From the human T2T-CHM13v2.0 reference genome, Homo sapiens, in the NCBI RefSeq assembly GCF_009914755.1, contig NC_060933.1: a DNA stretch of 64,000 bases, one strand, 5' to 3'. The notes beneath the pieces are model-generated. The model was not told where the DNA came from. It searched no databases and worked only from the letters and a program-made list of their open reading frames with translations. Positions 1-19,184 of the stretch are shown here, one piece after another (the first letter of the stretch is position 1; each line of letters begins with the position of its first letter). Both the position numbers and the translations under genes were made by a program.

Positions 1-263
<263 letters not shown>

Positions 264-701
264 GTGGGCATATTTTGTTAGAGAGTTATAATATGTTTGG
301 AACAGTTTATTGGCTTGGTTAGCAAATTGGGTAGGGTAATTGCCAAGTACAGTGTCTGCCCTTTCAAAGCAGGAAGACCGCTTTTGGAGTTTATAAGTCA
401 GGAATGTTTTTTGAGTTAACGTTGTAGGGAGAAGCGCCGATTGGGCTGTATGTGCCGACAATGAGGAGAGTGATAGGCACATCCAACAATTATGAGCATA
501 GGAAGGATTAGCTTGCCACAGCAGGGACTGAGTGATATTCAAAGAAAGTTCCAGATGCTTAGCTTTGAGGAGTGACTTGATGCGGGCTGCGGATCCCATT
601 GTAGTGAGGAAAGGTAAACTTAGGGGAGAGGGAACATCAGGCAGAAGGAAAAGAAAGTTATTTGGGTGGGGGAGAAATCCTAGGAGGTACCTTGAAGCCA
701 T
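264..701 (-). pseudogene. env: ERV env (SU N-terminal) remnant
   Basis: ORF 171..701 has LNITQSLLWQANPSYAHNCWMCL, the CxxC motif of gammaretroviral SU; it runs into an Alu at 263. Confidence 0.8.
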
Positions 702-825
702 AAGTCCAACAGAAGGTTAAAGGTTTGATTAGGGGAAACTAGAGGCTCCTCGTGAGGGGACCAGGTAATGTCTGAGCTAAGGAGTGTGAGGAAGAGGTGA
801 AAATTGTGGGGAGAGGGCAACATAG

Positions 826-1212
<387 letters not shown>

Positions 1213-1289
1213 TAGGCCCCGTGGAAACACAGGAAAAGGTTGAGAGGGTTTTATTCTGAGTTGGTGGGGGGCTGGATGGTTTCTTTGAG

Positions 1290-1800
1290 GGATGAGGGGT
1301 GGAACAAATTAGGAATTCCCTTGAGCTTAGTGGCTGTGGGGTAGCCAGAATAATCTAATAAGGGCCATCCTGCTTGGGCTTAAGAGGGTTGCTGGGGGTT
1401 TCTCTTGGGGTTTGGAGAACCTAGTCTCACTGATGGAGAGAGGGGTTGTCTGTGCTTGGGAGTGGTTGGGGTAAGGTGCAGTTCACACATTTCCAAAGGA
1501 AACTGCGGACTGCCTGTAGGAGTGGAGTAACAAGGGAATCGGGGAGTGAAGGGGCTTTTTTGAGATGGCGTAAAAGAGGCAAGAGGTCTCCTGTACATGA
1601 ATTAAATGCACTAATCATTAGGGGTTTGCGAGGGAGAGCCCTAATTTTGAGAAGGGCGAGGGGCAATAAGGTGGTCCAGTCTTTGTGGGTTTGTAAGGAG
1701 AATTTTGTGAGAGTATTTTTTAGAATGCAATTCATCCTTTCTACCTTCCCAGAAGATGGAGATCAGTAAGGAATATGGAATTTCCAAGTAATATGAAGGG
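1290..1800 (-). pseudogene. pol: ERV pol integrase remnant (core C-terminal part)
   Basis: SSGKVERMNCILKNTLTK...WTTLLPLALLKIRALP, typical of the integrase E-helix region. Confidence 0.8.
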
Positions 1801-1821
1801 CTTTTATAAGATTTGGGGAGG

Positions 1822-2455
<634 letters not shown>

Positions 2456-3193
2456 TCATTCTGGCTCATTTGTCAGCCTTGCGATTTCCTAAGGAAATAT
2501 GACCCTCATTTGATTGGTGTTCCCTGCAGTGAATTATTGCCACTTTTTGGGAGCAAGGCAGCCTGTAACAAATGGCGAATGAGCTTTCCATTAACAATGG
2601 GGGTTCACTTTGTGGTGAGGAAACCGCGTTCACTCCAAATTTGGGCATTGGAATGAATGATGTTCTATGCATATTTGGAGTCAGTGTAAATATTGACCTG
2701 TTTTCCTGCTGCTAGGGTTAGGGCCCTGGTTATGGGCCTACCTGCTGGGAGGATGTGCCTGCTGGTAAGAAAGAGGCTTCTATGACTCTTCAGGGAGGGA
2801 GGACGGGGGTGTCATCACGGTATCCTTCCATGATAATATACCCTGCTGAGAAAGGAGGAACTCTGGACACACTGCTGTCTAGAAACCAGCCTGGAGCTCC
2901 CTTTATAGGTGCGTTGGTTAAATGATGGAACGTGATAAGGGAGTCATCAGTGATATCAGTGCAGGAGTGCAGGGGTGACTCTAAGAGGGGTGTTGAGGGT
3001 AAAAGGGTGGCGGTGTTAGGAGGGGAGCATTTACGGAGGGAGAGAAAGGATTGGAGAATGGCTGAGTGCAGGGTCTGGATGCGGGAAGGGGATACTGTTT
3101 GAAGTGCCCTGTGGCTGAGCATATCTTGCAAGTCATGTGATGAATAAACTTGCAGGGGTTTATAGAAGATGAAATTTTGTGCCTCTGGGATAA

Positions 3194-3538
<345 letters not shown>

Positions 3539-4133
3539 TGAGGCCAACTTTTATAGATAAGATCTAGCTGCTTGAAGAAGTATGCAACAGGTTGAAGAGA
3601 GTCCCCTGTGGGCTGGGCCAAAAGGCCTAAAGCTCCGTTTTGGGAGCTGTGTAAGTATAAATGGAAAGGTCGGCTGGGGTTAAGGAGACCCAAAGCAGGG
3701 GCCCAGGTTAGAGCTTGTTTTAAGCAGGACAAAGCATGATGAAGTTCAGGAGTAGGGGCAATAAGCTCAGCGAGGTTTCCCTTTGAGGCCTCATATAATG
3801 GCGTGGCAATCACTACAAAATTGGCAATCCATAGCTGGAAGTACTCCATGAGTCCCAAGAAAGAGAGACAGTCTCTTTTGGTATGAGGGAATGGGATGCT
3901 CTGGACCATCTGCTTGTGTGTTGAGGGAATTTCCCAGGTGGCAGGGGTAATCATGAGGCCCAGGTATGAAACCTTGGAGGAGGCTAATTGGGCCTTTTTT
4001 TTTTTTTGGACAGCTGGTAGCTGTACTGGGTGAGGGAGTTTAAAAGGGTAACAGTATGCTGAATAGAGAGTTCCTCTGAAGGGGAACAGAGCAGCAGATC
4101 ATCTACATAGCGAAGGAGGATGGGAGGTGTTAG

Positions 4134-4609
<476 letters not shown>

Positions 4610-4929
4610 TGAAAAAGGCACTTTGAGGTCTAGTACTGAAAAATGACTGGTATGAGGGGGGATTCTGGAGAGGAGTGTATAGGGATTAGGAACGACTGGG
4701 TGTGTAGGGATGACAGCAGAATTGATTTGACGAAGGTCCTGGACAAGCCGGTAGGACCCATCCAGCTTCCGGACAGGGACAATAGGGGTGTTATGAGGGG
4801 AATGGGTTGGAATGAGGATGTTGGCAGCTAACAGTTGGGAGATGATGGGCTTGAGTCCCCGAAGCCTCTCAGGGCTGACAGAATACTGTTGGACTGTGAT
4901 CTAATGAGAAGGATCCTTTAATGAAATTT

Positions 4930-5571
4930 TAATGGGGAGTGGTGGGCCGCCACGACTGCAGAATTTGTGTTGACCAAACAATAGGATTTGTTTGAGTTAT
5001 AATGCTAAGGTCAGGTGTTGGCTCCTTAACTTCAGGTAGGGAGAATTTGGGTTCCTGGCATAAAAATAAGTAGGGATGGCTTTGGCCAAGAGCCCAAAGG
5101 TGGAGGAAGCCACGCAATTTGTGCAGCAGGTCTCTACTTAGAAGAGGCATGGGGCAATGTGGGATTAACAGGAAGCAATGTATGAGGGTGACGTCCCGAA
5201 AGGAACAATATAAGGGGAGTGTTTGGAGGGGAGTTTTCTGAATGCCCTTTATGCCAACAACAGAGATTAAGGAGCAAATTAGAGGTGTGGGGAACAATCT
5301 TGGCAGAGGGAAGGACGTGAGCAAAGGTAAATGAAGGAACTTCTTGCCATTTGCCATTTCGATAAATGAAGTTATCTAAATCCCTTAAAATTTGGTGGTC
5401 GAATGTGCCGTTTTCAGGCCAACGGTTGCCCTTGGCCTGAGGCCAGGCAGTATTGCAAAAGAATATAAGGCACTTTACTTTAATGTCCCCCTTTATACCG
5501 AGTTTAGAAAGGTTACAAATCAGGAAACCTAGAGGGGAGGAAGGAGTAATTTGAGATTGATTGGAGCCCAT
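4930..5571 (-). pseudogene. gag: ERV gag matrix joined to the C-terminal half of protease (internal deletion)
   Basis: MGSNQSQITPSSPLGFL...LIFFCNTAWPQ...WPENGTFD (MA) followed closely by VVGIKG...CPMPLLSRDLLHKL (PR). Confidence 0.82.
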
Positions 5572-6145
5572 TGAGATTTGGCAAGGAAAGGCCAGGGGTG
5601 TCTGCCGTTAGACTAGGCATCCCCAGAAAAAGGGCAGAGACGGGAGATCCTCTCAAGAGGAGGTAGACTGAGGGGAAAGGTCAGGCATCCCTGAACGTCA
5701 CCCTCCCAAGGTCTCTGATGGTCCTAATGGTCCCCAGGAGACCGGGACTGCGGACCTGAGTCTCCTGGGTAGCACAGGAGAGACAGGTGGGGGCAAACCT
5801 TACTAATTAGTGTCTGGTGTTGGATGTTTTAGAAGGAACCAGCAAAGGACCTCTCAAACTGGAGCCGTTGGGGAGAAACAGAAAGTAAATTGCCCAGATC
5901 CAGCGGTTGGAGGCAAAATTCTGGGTCCGGGAGTTTTGAGAACCCATCCAGGGGTAGCCCTGGCCACAGCCTCGAAGTCCTCTCCTGTCACTCAATTACC
6001 TCATGCAAATCACTTTTAAAAAAGAGGAAGAGTTGAGGGACTAGGCGGGAAGCCAGAGAACCCTCAGGATCCAGGAATTAGCCAGGGATGAGCTGTCGGG
6101 GCCCACTGCTTCCTGGGTTGCAAGAGTTCTCAGCCCCAAGACTCA

Positions 6146-6163
6146 TCCCGGGTTTTGGCAGCA
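6146..6163 (-). promoter_or_regulatory. Primer binding site, tRNA-Phe
   Basis: Minus strand TGCTGCCAAAACCCGGGA vs tRNA-Phe complement TGGTGCCGAAACCCGGGA (16/18), adjacent to the LTR end. Confidence 0.85.
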
Positions 6164-6165
6164 AG

Positions 6166-6856
<691 letters not shown>

Positions 6857-7789
6857 CAGCCTGTTGGGGGCCCCTCTCTCTTGGCTCCTCAGGGGCCAGC
6901 ATGGCCACCTCAATCCCACCAGCTTCGAGACCTCAACTTCTCTGTGGGCCTCAGTGTCCTCATCTGCAACTTGGAACAAAAACTCTGTCCTCAGCCAGCA
7001 GCCCTGGGGAGCTGGGAGAAACCAGGCAATCAGCCCACTAGGTGGGCAGAGGAGAGGGTTCCAGGAGACAGCTGCAAAGCCTCCTGGGACTCTGAGGACA
7101 GAGAACCCTGGGGGTGGGGCTGGAGCTTTCTAGGGGCTGCCAGTGGTTGAACCCAAGGGCCGAGGCGGCAGCTGGGGGCCCTCTGCAGTGAGGAGGAGGT
7201 CCCGGCTGGAGGTCGGGAGAGGGGTCACCCAGCTTTGCAATCTGATAGGCAGGGAGGAGAAAGAGGCTATGGTGCGCCTGCATGGGTGCATTGGAAGCTA
7301 TAAGGCTCCAGTGCGCGGGGCCGATGGGCTCTAGGACCCTGGAATTCTCTCAGCACCCGCCCACACACTGACCAGTCCCCAAGGCTTATTAGTATTGTGA
7401 TCGCTATTATCGAAGGACCCCCTCTCCCTGTCTCCTGCGCCCACCCACAGCTGTCCAGACTGGGGGATGCGAGGATGCCCTCCAGGTGTCCACAGCTGGG
7501 GTTCTGGGCCAGGGATTACCAGAGTCTGAGCAGCCTTGGGGGACGCTGAGGCAGGGGGCCGGGGAGGAGGGCACCCGGGAAGAGGGTAGGGCAGGAGGTT
7601 TATGGGAGGCCCCACAGGAAGAGAGGACGCCCTTCCCTCCCATCCCCCGCAGGGAGGAGCTGAGGCTGGAGCCTGGGAGGGGAAGATGGGAAAGGCGCTC
7701 CTGGCAGAAGGAACAGCGTGTGCTAAGGCCGGAGTGAGGCAGTAGCTGAGAAGCAGTTCTGTCTGGCCAAGGGGCCAGGAGGGAGGAAG

Positions 7790-8400
7790 AAACGGGTGGC
7801 GCGCAGGGCACCCACGGCAGGGCCTTGAATGCCGGGATAACTCATTCCTCGCTCCTAGCGCGGGGCTGGGCCGCCCTTGGGCCCTGGGGAGGGCGTCAGG
7901 CGGGACCCTTTGTCCCTCCCTCCGCCCCCTCCCCTTCACTCTCCCCTTTCTCCCCCTCCCGCCCCTCCCCTCCTCCTCCCCGCTCTCCCCGGCCCTGTCC
8001 CGGGAAGGCTGGACCGGCCCGCGGCTTGCCCTTTCAAGTCGGCCTCCCGGAGTCTCCGGAGCCGTCCGAGCGCTGGGGCCGCTGGCGCGGACTTCAAAGC
8101 CCGCCGCCCCCAGCCAGATCCGGTTGCGGGTGGGGCGGGCGAGCTGGGAGGGAGGCGGGTTTCGGTGGATTCCCCTTTCATCCCGCGGCTGCAGCCGGGC
8201 GCAGACCTCGGGGAGGCCCGGCGTGTCCCCGCTGGGCAAGTCCCTGCAGGGCAGCGACCGGGAACGGAGGGCTGGGGACGCCACGAGGCCGCGCCGCAGG
8301 GCGGGGGAGGCCTGAACCCAGACTGGGGGCTTCGGACCCGCCTGCGCTGTGGGACCTCAGGCCAGCGCCTACCTGTCGCTGGGCCTCAGCTTTCCTGAAT
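7790..8400. promoter_or_regulatory. CpG island with no adjacent coding gene
   Basis: High GC and CpG density, GC boxes (GGGGCGGG near 8132; CCCGCC near 8101). Confidence 0.7.
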
Positions 8401-9284
8401 GCCCTACTCCCTGCCCAGGACTCCTCTGGGGAGGGGCATTCGGGAACATTCAGTGGCCCTTGGACAGCTGAGATAGGAACAGGAAGCTAAGCTGGGAGCC
8501 CGGGCTCTCCTTGGGGTACCTGCCCGACCCCACCCATCCCACCGGAGAGGAACCGCTTCCTGCATCAGCCAAGCCCTGCCCGCAGTGTAACCCGTGGTCC
8601 AGCCTGGCCCTCTCTGGGCCTCAGCTTCCTGGAAGGCTGAGGGGGTGGCGGCTGAATGCCCTCCCTCCGGGTTGAGGTGTAGCGCATTCCTTCTTGCCGT
8701 CCTGTTTCCCGGTCCCTAAAGTAAGGGTGGAGGGAAATGGCTCTCCCTTTCTGGTGTAACCATAAGGAAGTGGCTGCCTGACATTCTGTAGCCGTCCGCG
8801 TGCCCCATCCAAGCCCCACAGAGCCCTGTGTGTAGATTAAGAACATCCTTTTTTTAGGTGAACAGCCTGAGGCAGAGGGGGTGTCGCTTGCCCCAGGTCT
8901 CAGCTGGCAGGAAAACTGGGACTTGACACAAAGTTACTTGGGCTTTCCTCCACCTTCCTCCCTGCCCATGGTCCCCACTGATTGCAAAACAGTCATAGGG
9001 GAGGTGAGTCCAGGCTGGGAATTTGGAAAGCAGACACTGACATAACGTGGGGTGCAGGCGCAGGAGTAGTATCACCCCCGCTTTACAGACCCAGAAACGG
9101 ACACCGAGAGGTTGCGAAGCCAGACAAGGGGCAGAGCTGGGTATTGACGCAGATTTTTGGGGCCCCAGAGACTTGAGGTTTAGCCACTGCCTCTGGGGTG
9201 AGAGGGGCAGGGCACTTACTGTGTGTCAGGCCCAGGCTGGGAAGCATCTTGATCAACACAAGAACCCCAGCTGGGAGGTGGTGG

Positions 9285-11192
<1,908 letters not shown>

Positions 11193-11589
11193 TTACCCAC
11201 TCGCACCAAACACTGCATGGTTCCAGAGCCCTGGAAGGGTGTCTCTGCGTGGGGCCTAATCTGCCAAGAGGGGGCAGTTTTAACGGGCTTCCAGCATGAT
11301 GCTGAATGTACCCAGGCTGGTGGGCTGGGACAAGTGCCCAGGTATCTAGCAGATGCCGCCCCAGCCCAGAGATTTAAAATTCCTCCCTGGAAAAATCAGA
11401 TAATCAAAGAAGTCAAATACCGTGAAATGAATGTGATCCCTGCCAGAAGCCCAGAGGGAACATCTGAGAAACACTGCATTGCAAGTGCAGGCACGGGACC
11501 CTCCCCCTTGCCGTATAGGCAGGGAAACTGAGGCACGGTATGTGGCAGGGAGATGTTCACAGATAGGATCCCCATCCCTTTGCGCAGCG

Positions 11590-11930
11590 TTCATTCAGGG
11601 CCTTCTCTGTGGCAGGCTCTGTGTTAGGGACCTGTCCAGTCTCTGCATTCTTGGAGCTCAGGGGCTACTGAGTATGGTCCATGTGTGCCAGCAATGCCAC
11701 CACTGTTCCGTCCTGATTGTGGTAAGTGCCACACAAGGAGAACTGTGGGGAGCTGGTTTCATTTGGAAGAGCTTCCCTGAGGAGGTGACATCTGAGATCT
11801 GATGTTAAGTGGGAACCCGTGAAGCTGGTAGGAGAGCATTCTGGGTAGAGAGGAGGGCATGTGCAAAGGCCCTGGGGTGTGAAGGAGTTTGGCTCAGGAG
11901 CTAAAGGAGAAGCCAGAGGCCTACTGCAGA
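11590..11930 (-). mobile_element. Old LINE-2 fragment
   Basis: L2-like motifs TTCATTCA, GAGGAGGTGACATCTGAG, GCATGTGCAAAGGCCCTGGGG. Confidence 0.6.
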
Positions 11931-12287
11931 GTGTGAGGGGAAGCACAGAGGGGGAAGAAGGAGAGAGGAGGGAGGAGGCAGAGGGGCCGGGGCCTTGGGG
12001 CTCAGAGGAGTCCCCAGGACTTCAGTGCTGGGGTGCCGGGGGGAGGGACAAGCAGGGGGAGTCAAGGCTGGCAACCAGGAATCCTGCCGGACGGACGTGC
12101 TCAGGGACACCCCAGGACTGCAAACCCCAGGAGAGTCCTGACTGGGAACAGGAGAGCAGAGGGAGCGGTCTCCAGTCTTGCTCTAAAGCCTGCTCTGTTC
12201 TCTCCTAAAAGAAAAAGGAGATCAAAAGGAAAATTTGCAAGTTAGATTTACCCTCAATTCTATTAAACCACCAAAAACTGTCGATAA

Positions 12288-13063
<776 letters not shown>

Positions 13064-13087
13064 TGAGCAACTCTTATTCCTTGTCTG

Positions 13088-13545
13088 GAGAAGGAGGGAA
13101 AGAGAGTGGAGGGAGAGGAAGGACAGGGAGGAGGAGGGAGTCAGAAGAGAAGAAAGCGGGAAGGAGGAGGAGAGAGAGAGGGAAAAACAGAGAGAAGAGG
13201 GGGAGAGAGGAGGCAAGCAGCAGGGAGGGAGAGAAGGAAGAGAGGAAGGGGGAAAGGAAAACAGACAGGAAGGAGGGAGGGAGGAAGGAGGGAGGGAGAC
13301 ATGAGGGAGTTAAGGGGGAGGGAGGGAACAAGTGGAGAAAGCAAAGGAGAGAGAAGGGAGGGAGGAAGGAGGGGTAAGAAGGGAGGAAGAAGAAAATTAG
13401 GGGGTAGAAGGAAGGGGGCAAGAATGTGGAGGGAGGGGAGAGATGAGGGAGGAAAAGGGAGGAGAGAGGAAAGGAGAGAGGAGGAGGGGGAGAATGAGGG
13501 AGGGGAGGAGAGGAGAGGGGAGAGGAAGAGGGAAGGGGGAGGAGG
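13088..13545. repeat. Polypurine GA-rich low-complexity tract
   Basis: About 450 bp almost entirely G/A on the plus strand. Confidence 0.95.
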
Positions 13546-13849
13546 CTGTGCCGAGTGGCAGTCACTGGGGAGGGGTGTCCCCACTGTCTGTCACTTCCCT
13601 CATAATGGTATCAGCTCCTCCCCGCTGCTGGCCTTGGGCCAGGGATCTCCGGGTGGTGCCCACCTAATCCTCACAAAAGGACTCGACCTCAGTCACCCAG
13701 CTCACCAGACCCCAAGCCTGGGCAGTTCACCTGAGGTCTTCCACCCCAGGCCCTCCCTGGGCCTAACCCACGGGTTGACTCAGGAGCCAGGTGCCATGCG
13801 TGTCCATGCGTTCATGCGTGTGCTGTGTGTGTGTGCGCGTGTGTGTGGT

Positions 13850-14045
13850 TAGGAGTGCAGACCTGGGCAGGACTGACTGGGTCTGGATCCTGGCTTTGCC
13901 ACTTCCTGGCTGTGTGACCTTGGGTGAGTGACCCAACTTCTCTGTGCCTCAAGTGTGAGGAGTAAATGAGTAAATCAGAGAAATCCCACAGCACAGTGCC
14001 TGAAATAGAGTTAGTGTTCAACTTTATCTACTATGATTATTATTC
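13850..14045 (+). mobile_element. MIR
   Basis: GCTGTGTGACCTTGGGTGAGTGACCCAACTTCTCTGTGCCTC, MIR core-like. Confidence 0.65.
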
Positions 14046-15580
14046 CAAAAAGGCTGACCATGAGATTTCTTTAGGAACGGGCTCTAAACTGGAGGAAAGG
14101 GTTTGTGGATGGGTCTCAGAAGGTCCTAGAAGGGCCTAGAACTGGTTGTAAAGTTTTTGTGGTTGAGTGGGGTGTTTTTCTGGACAAAGCAGGTCCTCAG
14201 CTTACAGTGTTCTCATGACCCCTCAGGTTGTGTCCCTTGCACCAGGGTGGTGGCACCTCCAGTACTTTGGAGGTTTCATCCCACACAACTTTTTATTCAT
14301 TGATTTAGTTTTAATTAATGAGTTTATTTTTTAAAGAGATGGGGGGGGGTCTCACTTTGTTGATCAGACTGGTCTCAAATTCCTGGCTTCAAAGCCATCT
14401 TCCTGCTTAGCCTCCCGAAGTGCTGGGGTTACAGGTGTGAGCCACACACAGCTTTTGAGGGGCTGTTGTCACCTGCCCCCGGCTAGTCAGGACAGGACCC
14501 AAGTTGTCCTGCAGACCTGCCATAGTCGCCCACACATGAGGCCACACATGCTCAGGGAAAGTGAGCCCCTTCACTCAAGAATTCTTTAAAGGCTGAGACA
14601 GCAACGCACTTTGTAACTAAACCAGCGCCCTTCTCCAGGATGGGGAGGCGCAAAAGCAGATTTCAAAGGCGAGCTTTGGATAAACAAACACAATAAAAAT
14701 AATGCTTTGAACCCAAATGCTGAACTGAGCAGCAATCCCAGGCACATTCAGCCAGCTGATGCCAGTCCTCCCTGGCGACCAGACAGGCCCAGGGGGCGTT
14801 CCAGGAGCCTCAGTGGTACAGCTGGAGCCTAGGAGACCAAGCACCCACATCAGCCCGGTCCCCCTAGTGAGCCACCTGGCCCCACCCCACCCTCCAGGCC
14901 TAGCTGGGACTCCCGCCAGCTCCATCCTGTGGCTCCGTCAGGCTGAGAGGGTCTATTACCCAAACCTCACCTGCTGAAGCTGGGGGCTTCCCCATCTGGT
15001 ATCAGGGAGATTGTAAGTCTGTGGTGAGGGGCAGTGCCCACCTGGGGAACATGAGCCTGTTCCTGGGGGGCCACTGCAGCTTGGTGAGTTCCAATCCTGG
15101 TTCTGCTGTGTGGCCTCAGGACAGTGGCTGCACCTCTCTGAGCCTCATGTGGGACTGGGGATCATCACAGTACCTCCTTGGCTCCCTCCTTGGCAGCCCT
15201 TGCAATTAGGGCAGGAGAGAAGCTGTGGGGAGGCCGAGGGGGGGTTGGCGAGCACGCAGAAGGACATGGATTCCACTGCGCCAAGGCCAGGCTCTGCGCC
15301 TGGACCACCAGAACACCCACACTTGCTGTGTGACACTCTGGGCTCCGGTTTCTCCATCTATACAATTCAGTGGCCTTGAGAGAGCCTTTTATGATTTCCT
15401 GCTTGGACTGTGAAGTGAGAAGCTAAGTGCAGAAGAGTGTGTACAATACAGAATGTATGTGAAATCCACACGAAAATTTGAAAACCACGCAGGCACACGC
15501 CTCCTTGTATGTGCACAGAATACCTCTGGGAGGTACACAGGAAACTGGGTTTCCCAGTGGGAGGGACCAGGGCTAGGTGA

Positions 15581-16442
<862 letters not shown>

Positions 16443-18053
16443 TCACTCCTGACTATCATCTCCAGGGAGCTGCCCATCTGACCAGCCTCGCTCCAGCCCC
16501 TCGGCCTCTCTGTCTGGCCGATTCTTCCAGGAGACCCTCTGCGACCCTCTCACCAGCCCTCCGCCCAGCCGCAGCTCAGCATCGCCATAATTTAGTGTCT
16601 GTGTATGGGGTAGCTACAGTCTGTGGGGCCCAGGGTAAAATGAAAAGCAGGACCCCTCGTGCCTCATGTATTGCAAATTTCAAGATGGCAACCACATAGC
16701 ATGAAGCCTGTGCAGGGCCCTTCTAAGCCTGGGGCCCTGTGCGCCTGCAGGGGTCACACATCTGTGCAGCTGGCCCCATCTATATCTCCCCAATCCAGAC
16801 ACTGGCTCCCCAGGACAGAGTTTGCCAGGATAGCCAGCCTGGACGCACTGGCTATGGCCCTGCTGGGCTAGTGGAAATCTAGGCCAGCTTCCTGGAGGAA
16901 GAAACCTCAGCCTCAGAGGAGGCAGCTGCTCTGTGCTCCCCTGCACAGCTGCCTGAACCTCCCTTTCTTATATGATTTCTTATCTGGAGCTCAGCTGTGT
17001 GACCCTGGTCAAGTTACTTAACCTCTCTGTGGGCTGGTTTCTTGATCTGCAGGGATTGGGCCTACTCCCCAGAGATGTGCCCTCCTTCAAGGGGAGGTAA
17101 GCTTTAAGCACGGACGTGTTAGAGCAGCATCTGCAAATAGCACTTGCTCGATAGCTTTCGTCCTGATTCCTCTGCGATTTCCTGCTGGACTCTGAGCTTC
17201 ATGAGGTCAGGGCCCGGGTTCATCTTGCTCTCACGGATTCCTGGCTGCCCTGATTAACATGGCCAGATAATCCACATGACCAGAACAGCTGTGGGCTGTG
17301 TTAGAAGTTACTAGAAGTTACTTGTGGCCGGCCTGGGGAGGTGACGTCCCCCAGAGAACATGCTTCGGGTCACTGAGATGGCTGCAAAGTGTATGGACCA
17401 GGACGTTCCTGTTGGAAGATTCTTTTGAGGTTTGCTGCGCTCTTCAGCCATCAGAGAAGTCTTCCCAGAGCCAGGCAGGGGGGCTCCCTGGGAGTTTGGG
17501 GGCATCACTGAAGCCCCCTCAGCTGCCAGGTGCAGTAAATAAGCCAGGGAAACATTGGTGGGTGAGTCTTTAAGGGTGCCCGGGCTCCATGATGGCAGAG
17601 GCAGAGGAGCTGCTCCCGGCTGCCGTGCTTGGGGTCCGAGTCTGACTGGGAGAATTCCAGAGCCCTAGAGACACCTGGCCCAGCCTGGTGAGTCCAATCC
17701 CTGCTTCTGGCCTAGACACCATCCAGCATCCAAAGCTGGCTCCGATGGGTCGAAACAGCAGTGAGCATCCCCCTTCTTGGTGCTGTTCATAGGGGAATGT
17801 TGAGGCTTGTGGGGCTGCCCGGAGGTGGTGTCACATGTCCCCATGGAAGGGTTTCACTGCCTCCAACAGGAAGGGGCAGACCATCTGTCACTTAGGGTGT
17901 ATTTGGGAGGGAAGACAGAAGGACCCAGAGAGGCAGAAATGATGGGAAAGGGTGAGGGTGGGCAGGTGGTGGGGGTGGGGTCGAACAAATGGCCCCGATA
18001 AAGGCAGAGCAGCTGGAATGAGTGCTGGGCAGCCCCACACGGCTGGGAGCCAG

Positions 18054-18072
18054 GGTGTGTGGTGTGTGGTGT

Positions 18073-18117
<45 letters not shown>
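18054..18117. repeat. (TG)n microsatellite
   Basis: Read directly. Confidence 0.97.
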
Positions 18118-18118
<1 letters not shown>

Positions 18119-18494
18119 TATCTTGGCTAGGCGAACACCAGCCCTTCCCTCTGCCTGCTCAACAGCCCTCCCATGTCTGTTTCCTCCCCTGGTCCATGCT
18201 GAGAATTGCATCACCAGCCTTCCTGTGGGACCGGAAAGGCAGTAGCAGTCACTTGCCTTTCCCTGTGTGCCTCTGTGTTCTGACCACGCCCCCACCTGGC
18301 TGCCGTCAGAAAGCCCAGGTGTCCACCCCATGCCCTGCACAGAGGATTGAGGCCCTACTCTCTGCTCCCAAGGCCTCCCATCCCAGCACTTGTCACTGCA
18401 TCCTGGAACTGCTCAATTTGAGCAATGCTCCCCATGACTCTAGGCTCCAGGGGCGGGGCTGCCCAGGCAGTTACCCACTCAGGGCCCAGCACGG

Positions 18495-19184
<690 letters not shown>

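Noticed and set aside
6146-6163. tRNA-Phe-like sequence as a tRNA gene
   Set aside because: Only the 3' 18 nt match; it is a retroviral primer binding site
7331-8490. Long overlapping ORFs (317, 221, 173 aa)
   Set aside because: Stop-poor GC-rich island; Pro/Arg/Gly-rich, open on both strands, no domain
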